A stretch of 64,000 bases of DNA from Thermomicrobiales bacterium (GTDB lineage: Bacteria; Chloroflexota; Chloroflexia; Thermomicrobiales; UBA6265): assembly GCA_049646645.1 (NCBI GenBank), contig JBARWF010000051.1, positions 18,227 to 82,226 of the forward strand, written 5' to 3'. Below, in pieces: positions 48,137 to 56,974 of this stretch. Numbering within the stretch: the first letter of the stretch is position 1; the number at the start of each line of letters is the position of its first letter. Both the position numbers and the translations under genes were made by a program. The notes beneath the pieces were generated by a model that was not told the DNA's origin, searched no databases, and was given only the letters and a program-made list of their open reading frames with translations.

Positions 48137-49522
48137 CTAGTCGGCCGCCACGCCGGCATCTGCCGCGGCGGTATCGACATCCACCGCCCAGGTCTGGCGT
48201 TCCGCCGCCTTCTTCCCGCCGTACGCCTCATCGAGCACTTCGACGATGTGGCGAACCGGCATGTCCGACCCGTTGCGTCGGAGCGACGTTCGGAGTTGCA
48301 TCGCGCAGCCGGGATTCGCGGTCACGACGGCCGAGGCTCCGGTCGCCAGGATGTTCCCCGCCTTGCGGTCGCCGAGTTCATCCGCCATCTCGCGACGGAT
48401 GATGTTGTAGATGCCCGCGCTGCCACAGCAGAGCGACGATTCGCGCATCTCCTCCAGCTTCAGGCCCGGAACGCGCTTCAATAGCGAGCGCGGCTGCTCC
48501 GTGATGCGTTGCGCATGCGCGAGGTGGCATGGCTCCTGGTACGTCACCACCACCGGCGTCTCCTGTTGCGGTGCGTGGAGCTCCTGCGCCGCGAGGAACT
48601 CCGAGACGTCCTTCACGCGCGCGCTGAACGCCTCGGCCCGCTTCGCGTATTTGGGATCATCCTTGAGCAGGAAGCCGTATTCCTTGAGCGCAGCGCCGCA
48701 GCCGGCTGCAGTGACGATGATCGGCTCATCGCCATACCGTTCGAAGGCGTCGATGTTCTGCCGCGCCAGCTTGCGCGCTCCGCCCATCATGCCGGAGTGC
48801 ACGTGCAGCGCGCCGCAGCACTGCTGCCCGGCCGGGACATCGCAGGCGATGCCGTTGTGCGCCATCACGCGACCCGCCGCCCGGTTGGTTCCCGCGAAGA
48901 CGGTGCTCATCACGCAGCCGTTGAACAGGTGCGCTTCCTTGGCAACCGTCCTCGGCCGCCACTGCTCGGTGCCCGAGACGAGCGGCGCCTCCTTCAACGG
49001 CGGCACCATCGCCTCCAGCGTTTCGAGCCGCAGGAGCCGGAGGATGCCGAGCTTGCGCGCGAGCATCGCGAGCCCGCTCCGTTGGTAGAGGCGCAAACCG
49101 TTCACCATCAAGCGGATGCGGCGAATATCGGAGAAGGGGATATCCATGCCGACCTTGCGCGCGGCCCGCTGCCAGAGCGGGCGAGGCCGATGTTGCTCCA
49201 GTTGTGCGCGCGATGCCTCTACCAGTGGCCCGTAGTGCACGCCGGAGGGGCATACCGCCTCGCAGGCGCGGCAGTTCAGGCACTGATACATCTGCTCGTC
49301 GAATTCTGGATCGAGCAGATCGAGCCGGCCATCCATCACCGATTTCATCAGCCAGAGGCGCCCGCGCGGCGAGGAGGCCTCCTGCCCCGTCAGGCGGTAG
49401 GTCGGGCAGGTGGGCAAGCACATGCCACAGTGTACGCACTCGCGCAGCAGATGATCGTCCGGCACATCCTCGCCGGAGAACCCTGTTGGCTTACTCAGCA
49501 TATCCTTGAGCGAAATCGCCAT
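48137..49522 (-). CDS. glcF: Glycolate oxidase iron-sulfur subunit
   Basis: Two ferredoxin-type clusters, CVHCGMCLPTCP and CLNCRACEAVCP, plus CCG domains. Start set at ATG 49522 (MAISLKD); the ORF extends to 49675. Confidence 0.85.
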   Translation of the reverse strand: MAISLKDMLSKPTGFSGEDVPDDHLLRECVHCGMCLPTCPTYRLTGQEASSPRGRLWLMKSVMDGRLDLLDPEFDEQMYQCLNCRACEAVCPSGVHYGPLVEASRAQLEQHRPRPLWQRAARKVGMDIPFSDIRRIRLMVNGLRLYQRSGLAMLARKLGILRLLRLETLEAMVPPLKEAPLVSGTEQWRPRTVAKEAHLFNGCVMSTVFAGTNRAAGRVMAHNGIACDVPAGQQCCGALHVHSGMMGGARKLARQNIDAFERYGDEPIIVTAAGCGAALKEYGFLLKDDPKYAKRAEAFSARVKDVSEFLAAQELHAPQQETPVVVTYQEPCHLAHAQRITEQPRSLLKRVPGLKLEEMRESSLCCGSAGIYNIIRREMADELGDRKAGNILATGASAVVTANPGCAMQLRTSLRRNGSDMPVRHIVEVLDEAYGGKKAAERQTWAVDVDTAAADAGVAAD

Positions 49523-49562
49523 CTCAGATCTTTCTCTCGTCGCTCGACTGCGAACATCGTTC

Positions 49563-49684
49563 ATTTTCGTCGGGTGCGACCCTGTGTCGCACGATGGCCC
49601 GCAGGGCCATATCGCACGGTGCCGGGATATCGGGCTTGTGGCCCGCCCGATCGGGGCCGACGCGGCTGCTGACATGCAGTCGCA
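49563..49684 (-). repeat. Intergenic repeat, copy B (inside the glcE-glcF spacer)
   Basis: Its reverse complement aligns with 45302..45434 (see copy A). Same orientation as glc transcription. Confidence 0.7.
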
Positions 49685-49732
49685 CCCTGCGAATCTGCCA
49701 TGCCGCGTTCAGCATGAACGGTGCGCATCTCT

Positions 49733-50947
49733 TCAGACCATCATCCGCCCCCGGTTGAGGACGCCTTCCGGATCGAACTGCCGCTTGATCGCCTGCATGA
49801 CCCCCAAACTGGCGGGCGGCGTCCCCCACACATCGACTGCGCGCTTCCAGGACGCTGGCGCGAACTCGATCATCATGCTGATCCCGGGAAGCTCTGGAGC
49901 AGGTGTCACCGTCGACCAGAACGCATCAGGCGTGATCGCCTCCGGACTGAACCGCACCCGCACCGCGCCCGTGCCCGGAGACGCTACCCATTCCCGCACC
50001 AAGCCGGTGGGCAACCCATCCAACGTGGCCAGCACCGTCCCGATATCGCGCGGGCGGGCGCCAATTGCAAGCTGGCCATGATCGCCGGCGCTAGCCCAGT
50101 CATTCACATGCTGCTGCCAAAAGGCGCGACTCTCCTGCCCGTGCTCCACGTGCACGTCGGCATTGCCCAGCGCACGCCGCAGATCATCCAGTTGCTCGCG
50201 GACGCCGTCCTCCCGCCCTTGAATCCGGACCAGGAGCTCGGTCTCGCCAACTTGCCCTGCGCGCTGTTGGATCTCGCAGCTCACGGCCGAGGCTCCCGAG
50301 AGCAGAACGCCCTGGGCGGCTTCGGTCGCCGCCTGCACTGTCGGATAGGCGACGGTGCAGGTCATGTCGCCCTTGGGGATCGGCGTGACCTTGAAGTTGG
50401 CGGAGGTCAGCACCGCCAACGTGCCCCAGGAGCCATGCAGCAGGCGCGGGATCTCGAAGCCGCTCACGTTCTTGACGACCATGCCGCCGGCCTTCGCGAT
50501 CAGCCCGTCGCCCCGCACGTAGGAACAGCCTACGAGGAGGTCCTTGAGCGTTCCCGAGCCGAAGCGGCGCGGACCGGCGAACGCGGTTGCGACCAGCCCG
50601 CCGACCGTTGCCTGTTCCGGGAAGGGGATATCCAGCGGCAGTTCCTGGCCATGGGCCGCCAGCTCGCGCGAGAGCTCGGCAATGGTCGTGCCGGCCCGGA
50701 CGGAGACCATCAGGTCTGTCGGTTGGTAGTCGAGAATGCCGGAGACCGCGCCTGTCTCCAGGAGCACATCGACCCGGGCCGGCACGTTGCCAATGCCAAG
50801 CGCCGTCCCGCCGCCGGCCGGAACGACATTCTGGCTGCCGATCGCGGCGGTCTTCAGGACGTCGGCGATCTCTTCCGGCGAACTCGCCTCAACACTCCGC
50901 AGCGGGACAACGTCATCGATCTTCATCACGTTCTCAATGACTCCCAC
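49733..50947 (-). CDS. glcE: Glycolate oxidase FAD-binding subunit
   Basis: 404-aa FAD_binding_4-type ORF between glcD and glcF. Confidence 0.8.
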   Translation of the reverse strand: MGVIENVMKIDDVVPLRSVEASSPEEIADVLKTAAIGSQNVVPAGGGTALGIGNVPARVDVLLETGAVSGILDYQPTDLMVSVRAGTTIAELSRELAAHGQELPLDIPFPEQATVGGLVATAFAGPRRFGSGTLKDLLVGCSYVRGDGLIAKAGGMVVKNVSGFEIPRLLHGSWGTLAVLTSANFKVTPIPKGDMTCTVAYPTVQAATEAAQGVLLSGASAVSCEIQQRAGQVGETELLVRIQGREDGVREQLDDLRRALGNADVHVEHGQESRAFWQQHVNDWASAGDHGQLAIGARPRDIGTVLATLDGLPTGLVREWVASPGTGAVRVRFSPEAITPDAFWSTVTPAPELPGISMMIEFAPASWKRAVDVWGTPPASLGVMQAIKRQFDPEGVLNRGRMMV

Positions 50948-50950
50948 GGG

Positions 50951-52417
50951 CTACACCGGCACGATGCCATGCACCTTGGCATGGTGATCGAAGTTCTGCG
51001 CCAGAGCGCGTACATCGCCGCACATGTACCCCTTTGGAAAGACCTTCTCCGGATTGAGCCGTTGCCCGGGGTCGAAGGCGTTCTTCAAGCCAGCCATTGC
51101 CCGCAGGTCGTCATCCGAGTAGACAAGCGGCATGAACTCGCGCTTCTCGGTGCCGATTCCATGCTCGCCGGAGAGCGTGCCACCAAGGCGCACGCACTCG
51201 TGCAGCAGGTCGTGGCTCGCCTCCAGCACGCGCTCGATATCGCCCTTCTGGCGCCGGTCGAAAAGCATCAGCGGGTGAAGATTGCCATCGCCTGCGTGAA
51301 AGACGTTTGCGATCGGCAGCTTGTAGTCCTTCGAGAGCGCGTTGACCGCCGTCAGCGTCGTGGTCAGTTGCGAGCGGGGCACAACGGTGTCGTGCAGGTA
51401 GTAGTTCGGAGCCAGGCGGCCCATCGCCGCGAGCGCCATCTTGCGGCCCTTCCAGAGCAGGTTGCGCTCGGCAATATCGGTCGCCTGGCGGAAGAGAGAG
51501 GCACCCGCCGTCCGGCAGAGCGCCTGGACCTCGCGTGAACTCTCCTGCACATCGGCCTCGTGGCCATCCATCTCGATCAGGAGCACGGCACCCGCATCCA
51601 TGGGGTAACCGGCATGGTAGGCGGGCTCGACGGCCTGGATCGTAAGGTTGTCCATCATCTCCAGAGCCGCGGGGAGGTTGCCAGCGGCGATGATCTCGGT
51701 GACGGCATCCGATGCGGCGTCCATGCTGCCGAAGGCGGCAAGCATCACGCTCGTGGACGAGGGGATGACGGTGAGCCGCACGAGGACCTTGGTCACGATC
51801 CCAAGCATGCCCTCCGAGCCGACGAGGGCGGCGGTCAGATCGAGCCCGCCGTAGCCGTCGCGCGCGCAATCGGTCCAGACCACGCTGCCATCGACCAGCA
51901 CCACTTCCAGTCCGAGGATGTGGTTGGTCGTGACGCCGTATTTGAGACAGTGCGGACCGCCCGAATTCTCGGCGACATTGCCGCCGATCGTGCACGCTTT
52001 CTGGCTGGAGGGGTCGGGAGCGAAGAAGAGCCCCTGATCCTTAACGTCCTCGCTGAGCTCGAGGTTGATCACGCCCGGTTCGACCAGCGCGGTGCGATCC
52101 TGCCGGCTCACCTCGATGATGCGGTCCATCCGGGTGAGGGCGATGATGATGCCGCCCTGCTGGGCAACGGCCCCGCCGGAGAGCCCCGTCCCGGCGCCCC
52201 GTGCCACGACGGGCAGCCCGGCCTTATAGGCAGTCCGCACGACCGCGGCAACCTGCTCGGTGGTCTTGGGCAGCACGACCGCAAAGGGCCGCGCGGTATC
52301 GACGGCGCCATCGACCGAGCCGTCGTACTCGTAGACCATCAGGTCGATCGGCCGGTGGCGCACATATTCAGCGCCGACGATGCGCTGCAATTCTTCAAGT
52401 AGCTGGGCGTCGCCCAT
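50951..52417 (-). CDS. glcD: Glycolate oxidase subunit GlcD (FAD-linked oxidase)
   Basis: ARGAGTGLSGGA FAD motif and C-terminal GTLSGEHGIG. Start at ATG 52417 (MGDAQLL); the ORF extends to 52510. Confidence 0.9.
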   Translation of the reverse strand: MGDAQLLEELQRIVGAEYVRHRPIDLMVYEYDGSVDGAVDTARPFAVVLPKTTEQVAAVVRTAYKAGLPVVARGAGTGLSGGAVAQQGGIIIALTRMDRIIEVSRQDRTALVEPGVINLELSEDVKDQGLFFAPDPSSQKACTIGGNVAENSGGPHCLKYGVTTNHILGLEVVLVDGSVVWTDCARDGYGGLDLTAALVGSEGMLGIVTKVLVRLTVIPSSTSVMLAAFGSMDAASDAVTEIIAAGNLPAALEMMDNLTIQAVEPAYHAGYPMDAGAVLLIEMDGHEADVQESSREVQALCRTAGASLFRQATDIAERNLLWKGRKMALAAMGRLAPNYYLHDTVVPRSQLTTTLTAVNALSKDYKLPIANVFHAGDGNLHPLMLFDRRQKGDIERVLEASHDLLHECVRLGGTLSGEHGIGTEKREFMPLVYSDDDLRAMAGLKNAFDPGQRLNPEKVFPKGYMCGDVRALAQNFDHHAKVHGIVPV

Positions 52418-52569
52418 GGGAGCACCTTTCGATCCAAGCGCCTGCAATCGCGCCTCTTGTCCCGTGAGTATCACCCCATTCCCCGGCGGGATCAACAGCG
52501 ATTCGCCCATTGCGTTATCCCCTGGAGATGCGTGGGGACGGCCCAGGTCGCTTTCCGGCGGAAGGGGGA

Positions 52570-54594
52570 TTACTCCTCCCAGGGGTCGTTGGCGATCGGG
52601 AAGCGCATCAGCGCGGTCGTGCCCTCAGCGTTCGAGCTGATCGTGAACGTGCCCTTCAGGTCTGATGTCACGAGCCGCTGCGTGATCCTCATCCCCAGGC
52701 CTTCTGACCGCGCCGGGTCGAATCCTCCCGGCACTCCATGGCCGTCGTTGAAGACCTCCACGTTCGCCATCCCGTTGTCCTCCCAGGCGCGGATTCGGAC
52801 GTAGCCGTGGTCGCGGTCCCGGAACCCGTGACTGATCGCGTTCGCCGTCAGCTCGTTGATGAGCAGGGAGAGAATCGTCGCCTGCCGCGAAGCGACGGTC
52901 AGGTCGCTCGGCTGGATATCGAATCGGACACGGATGCCCGGCGGAATCAGCGTGCTGTGCGCATCCTCCGCCACCATCCGCGCGATCACGTCCACCGTGG
53001 TGCCTGCCAGGTGCCGCTCGTCGCTGAGGAGATCGTGCACCGCCGCGATCGACTGGATGCGGCTGATCGCCTCGCGGATCTCGGTGGCCCAGGGGGCGTC
53101 CTCCGCCGACCGCAGCTGCAGCGAGAGCAGGGCCGCGACGGTCTGCAGGTTGTTTCGCACCCGGTGATGCATCTCCTGCACGAGAGTCGATTGCGTCTCG
53201 ATGCTGTGCATCGCGTCCTGGTAGAGCTGTGCGTTTTCGATCGCCATCGCGGCGGAGTCCGAGAACGCCTGGAGGATTCCGAGTGTGTCCTCGTCGACCT
53301 CGACCGATGGGCGGAGCCGGAAGCAGATCGCGCCGACGGTCTCCCGCGCCGAGCGGAGCGGCAGGCAGAAGAAGGTCCCCACGCCGTCCATGAACGCGAT
53401 CTCGTCCCGCTTGGCGGTCCCTGTCTGCAGCACCTGATTGACGACGCGATCGCGTTCGGTGACGTCCACGAGCTCGCGCAACGGTCCGACGCGGTACTCG
53501 ATCACGGGTGTCGTGGGGGCGCTGTGACCGCGATGTGTTGGCCGCATGCGGAAGATGGCCGCCGCCTCGGCGTGGACGAGCTCGACCGCCTGCTCCGTGA
53601 TCAGACGGAGCACATCGGCCAGATCGAGGGTAGAGGCGAGCATCCGGGAGACACGTTGCAAGGTGCCAAGCTCCGCCACCTTCTGCCGCAGCCGCTCGTC
53701 GGTCTGGCTGTACTGGCGGGCGTTCTCGATGCTGATCGCGAGCTCGCCCGCGACAGTCTTCAGAAACTCGAGCTCATCCGGGCTGAACTCACGGCGGCGG
53801 ATCGAGTTGATGTTGAGGATGCCGACCAGCTTGTTCTGGCCCTTGCTGGTGATCGGTACCGATACCTGTGAGGTATAGATCTCGTCACCGATGCCCGGAT
53901 GCGCGAGGAAGCTCTCGTGCTCGTGGGCATCGGGCGCGGCGATCAGCGTGCCCTTCAGCGCCGCCCGCCCGGTGATGCCGGATCCGAGGCGCAGGGTCGC
54001 CGTGCCGATCGAGACCGGGCTGAGTCCGACCGCGGCCCGCAACGTCAAGAGCCCGGTGCCATCGTCGTAGAGGAAGATAGAGCAGGCATCACCCTCCACC
54101 GCCTCCGCGACCACCATCGCGATCCGCTGCAGCATGTCCGAGAGCTTCAGGTTGGCCGTCGCCGCCCGGTTGATCTGGTGGAGGGCGGCCAGTCGCGACA
54201 TCTGCACCGGCAGGGGATCGGTCAAGGTGCTCGTCCCCGCCGCCGGGGCGTCGTGGTGCGCCCGCGCCACGGTCGCCAGGGCGACGCCGACGGCGCGGAT
54301 CGTGGCGGGGTCCGATGCCGTGCCCGCCCTGCTTCCAAAATGCTCGAAGAGCTGCTGGAGGGAATCGATGCTCGCGGCCATTACGTCTTCGAGCGAGATC
54401 CCTGCCTTGCGCGTCTCCACTCCGAACCGGGCGAAAGCATCGACCAGCGGTTCGCCGCCCACGGCGGGTTGCCCGTGCACGGGGCCGTACGCCCGTTCGA
54501 GGTCATCCTTGAGGGTCGTGGCAAGCTGTTGCAGGGAGACGTTGGCGGTCATGGGTGTTCCTGGAATATGAGAACGATAGCCGGATATCAACAT
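52570..54594 (-). CDS. GAF-domain sensor histidine kinase (HisKA_2 / PdtaS-like)
   Basis: Two GAF-like regions, H-box EMHHRVRNNLQTVAALLSLQ and a HATPase_c domain (LINELTANAISHGF). Confidence 0.85.
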   Translation of the reverse strand: MLISGYRSHIPGTPMTANVSLQQLATTLKDDLERAYGPVHGQPAVGGEPLVDAFARFGVETRKAGISLEDVMAASIDSLQQLFEHFGSRAGTASDPATIRAVGVALATVARAHHDAPAAGTSTLTDPLPVQMSRLAALHQINRAATANLKLSDMLQRIAMVVAEAVEGDACSIFLYDDGTGLLTLRAAVGLSPVSIGTATLRLGSGITGRAALKGTLIAAPDAHEHESFLAHPGIGDEIYTSQVSVPITSKGQNKLVGILNINSIRRREFSPDELEFLKTVAGELAISIENARQYSQTDERLRQKVAELGTLQRVSRMLASTLDLADVLRLITEQAVELVHAEAAAIFRMRPTHRGHSAPTTPVIEYRVGPLRELVDVTERDRVVNQVLQTGTAKRDEIAFMDGVGTFFCLPLRSARETVGAICFRLRPSVEVDEDTLGILQAFSDSAAMAIENAQLYQDAMHSIETQSTLVQEMHHRVRNNLQTVAALLSLQLRSAEDAPWATEIREAISRIQSIAAVHDLLSDERHLAGTTVDVIARMVAEDAHSTLIPPGIRVRFDIQPSDLTVASRQATILSLLINELTANAISHGFRDRDHGYVRIRAWEDNGMANVEVFNDGHGVPGGFDPARSEGLGMRITQRLVTSDLKGTFTISSNAEGTTALMRFPIANDPWEE

Positions 54595-54622
54595 TCGTAC
54601 GGTGCGACGTTGGCACGACGGC

Positions 54623-56737
54623 CTAGATATACCGGTCGAACCAGCCGATCAGGTGATGGAGGCGTGCCAGGCGGCGGCTCGGTGTGCCGTTCCGCGAGAG
54701 GCCGTGGCTCTCACCGGGAATACGCACGAATCCGACCTCCCGCTCAAGGTACTTCAGCGATGCGTACATCTGCTCGGCCTGTTCGATCGGGCAGCGCAGA
54801 TCCTGCTCGCTGTGAATGATCAGCAGCGGCGTCGTGATCTTGTCCACATACGAGATCGGTGAGTACTTGAGCAGCTTCTCCGCGTCGCTCCAAGGCAGGC
54901 CATCCGCCTCGAAGACTCCGAAATCGAAGCCAATATCGCTCGTGCCGAAGAACGAGTAGAAGTTCGACACGCAGCGCTGCGTGACAGCTGCCTTGAACCG
55001 GTCGTCGTGGCTGACGATCCAGTTGGTCAGGTAGCCGCCATACGAACCGCCCGTCACGCCCAGGCGCTCGGGATCGATCCACGGTCGTTCGAGAGCCTTC
55101 TCCAGCACTGCGATCACGTCCGGCATGTCGCTCTCGCCCCAACGCCCGCGGGTCGTGCCGGTGAACTCCTCGCCGTAACCGGACGACCCACGCGGGTTGC
55201 AGAAGAGCACCGCATATCCCTTGGACGCCATCAATTGCATCTCGTGGAACATCGCGTAGGCGTACATCGCATGCGGACCGCCGTGGATCTGCACGATGAG
55301 CGGATGCTTCGCCTGGCTCTTTTCATCGAAGCCGACCGGCGGTATCAGCCACCCCTGGATCTCAGTGCCATCCGGAGCGGTGGCCCTAAGGTCGATGGCG
55401 GCAGGAAGCTCAATCTCGTCGACGACCTTGGCGTTGAACGATGTGATCGCCGCTTCGTTTGCGCCGTCGAGATCGGCCGCGTGCAGCTCGAAGGGCACGT
55501 GGATCTGGCCGGAGGTGAAGACGAGCCGATCGTGGGTCTTGGTGAATCCCGAGATGCGCCGCTTGCCGCTCGTTACCGCCGTCACCGCGTTGGAAGATAG
55601 GTCCACCGCCTGGATCTGCGTCTCGCCGTGGCTCGCCGCCAGCGCGAGGACATGCGATCCATCGAGCCAGAGCAGGCTGGTGCCGCCATCGCCCACGACA
55701 TCGCTCATCCCGACGTCCTGGAAGGTGATGTCCGTCGCCTCGGTGTGATTGGTGACATCCGAGCCATCGGCGCGAACGGTCCACACCGTGTCATTCCGGG
55801 CCCCGCCGGTCTTGGCGTCGAGGTGCCCCAGGAAGGCGATGCGATCGCCGTCTGGCGACCAGACCGGTGTGTCGAAGCTGGCGTCATCCGGGGCCAGGGG
55901 CGTGACATCGCCGCCGGCAGCGGGCATGCTCAGGATCGTGCTGGCGCCGAGTCGCTTCCGATCCGGCCGCCGGTTGCCGACGAAGGCGATCTTCGCGCCG
56001 TCGGGCGACCACGTGGGTGAGCTGTCGTTGACATCCCCGAACGTTATCTGCGACTGCTCGCCGCTCGCCACCTCAACCGTCCAGATGTGCGCGTACTTCT
56101 CCAGCCACCCGCGCGCATCGAACCGGTAGCGCAGGTCGTGGACGATGCGCTCGTCCGCGACCAGACCGTTGGTTGTGGGAGGCAGGAAATCGTCGTCCTT
56201 CGTCACGTCGTCGGAGGCGACGAAGGCGATGCGCTCGCCATCAGGCGACCACGCGGGGGAGGATGCGCCGTTGGGATGGTTGGTAATCTGCGTGGCCTCG
56301 CCACCATCGATCCGGATCGCCCAGATCTGATTCAGCGGCTTTGGCTCCGCGGGCGCATCGCCCTTTTTGCCGGTGGCCTTCTCGTCTTTGCCAGTGTCGT
56401 CCTTCGGCTCATCGCATTTCTCGACCGGACGCGCGGCCTGCCGGTTGGAGACGAACGCGATCGTGGTGCTATCCTGCGACCAGCGTGGCGATGTGTCTCG
56501 CGCCGATCCACTCGTCAGTTTTCGCTGCTCGCTGCCATCCGCATTTGCGATCCAGATCGCGGAGCGATAGGCATCCTTCTCCTTGTCGAGGGTAGTGACG
56601 ACCCACGCGAGGTGCTTGCCATCCGGCGATGCCTGGGGATCGGCCACCAGCTCGATCGCGAACAGATCTTCTGCCGTCAATGGACGCTTCTGCGTCGTGG
56701 CCGTGGTCGTAGTCGAAGCCGAGGTCTCGGTTGTCAT
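54623..56737 (-). CDS. S9-family serine peptidase (prolyl oligopeptidase/acylaminoacyl peptidase with beta-propeller)
   Basis: Repeated SP(R/A/T)WSPDG propeller motifs and nucleophile elbow VTGGSYGGYL. Start set at ATG 56737 (MTTETS); the ORF extends to 56953. Confidence 0.85.
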   Translation of the reverse strand: MTTETSASTTTTATTQKRPLTAEDLFAIELVADPQASPDGKHLAWVVTTLDKEKDAYRSAIWIANADGSEQRKLTSGSARDTSPRWSQDSTTIAFVSNRQAARPVEKCDEPKDDTGKDEKATGKKGDAPAEPKPLNQIWAIRIDGGEATQITNHPNGASSPAWSPDGERIAFVASDDVTKDDDFLPPTTNGLVADERIVHDLRYRFDARGWLEKYAHIWTVEVASGEQSQITFGDVNDSSPTWSPDGAKIAFVGNRRPDRKRLGASTILSMPAAGGDVTPLAPDDASFDTPVWSPDGDRIAFLGHLDAKTGGARNDTVWTVRADGSDVTNHTEATDITFQDVGMSDVVGDGGTSLLWLDGSHVLALAASHGETQIQAVDLSSNAVTAVTSGKRRISGFTKTHDRLVFTSGQIHVPFELHAADLDGANEAAITSFNAKVVDEIELPAAIDLRATAPDGTEIQGWLIPPVGFDEKSQAKHPLIVQIHGGPHAMYAYAMFHEMQLMASKGYAVLFCNPRGSSGYGEEFTGTTRGRWGESDMPDVIAVLEKALERPWIDPERLGVTGGSYGGYLTNWIVSHDDRFKAAVTQRCVSNFYSFFGTSDIGFDFGVFEADGLPWSDAEKLLKYSPISYVDKITTPLLIIHSEQDLRCPIEQAEQMYASLKYLEREVGFVRIPGESHGLSRNGTPSRRLARLHHLIGWFDRYI

Positions 56738-56974
56738 TCGTTCGGTTGCTCCTGTGCGGTAACGCTGCATGTCTCTGCGGGCAGGATACCGCCGGACGCC
56801 CATTGCCTCAACGATAGGCCGCGGGGTCGGGTTTGCCGGTCGCCTATACTTGCGGCGCTTGACCCCGGGCGTGGCGAGCGAATCCCCACGCCGTTCACGA
56901 GCCGTCGCGCGCAGAGTGTGGCTATCGGGGATGCGCGCTTCCTTTGTCACCACTCATCGGAGCTGCCTGAGTTC

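Noticed and set aside
47812-48231. 139-aa minus-strand ORF and the small plus-strand ORFs 47919..48140
   Set aside because: They overlap the tmRNA gene and its terminator.
49721-51538. 605-aa plus-strand ORF; also 48509..49672 (+)
   Set aside because: Antisense to glcE/glcD and glcF, which have clear FAD and Fe-S motifs.
56087-56974. N-terminal ~295 codons of the 902-aa plus-strand ORF
   Set aside because: This part is antisense to the S9 peptidase and is low-complexity Arg/Gly-rich. The real gene most likely starts near GTG 56975.
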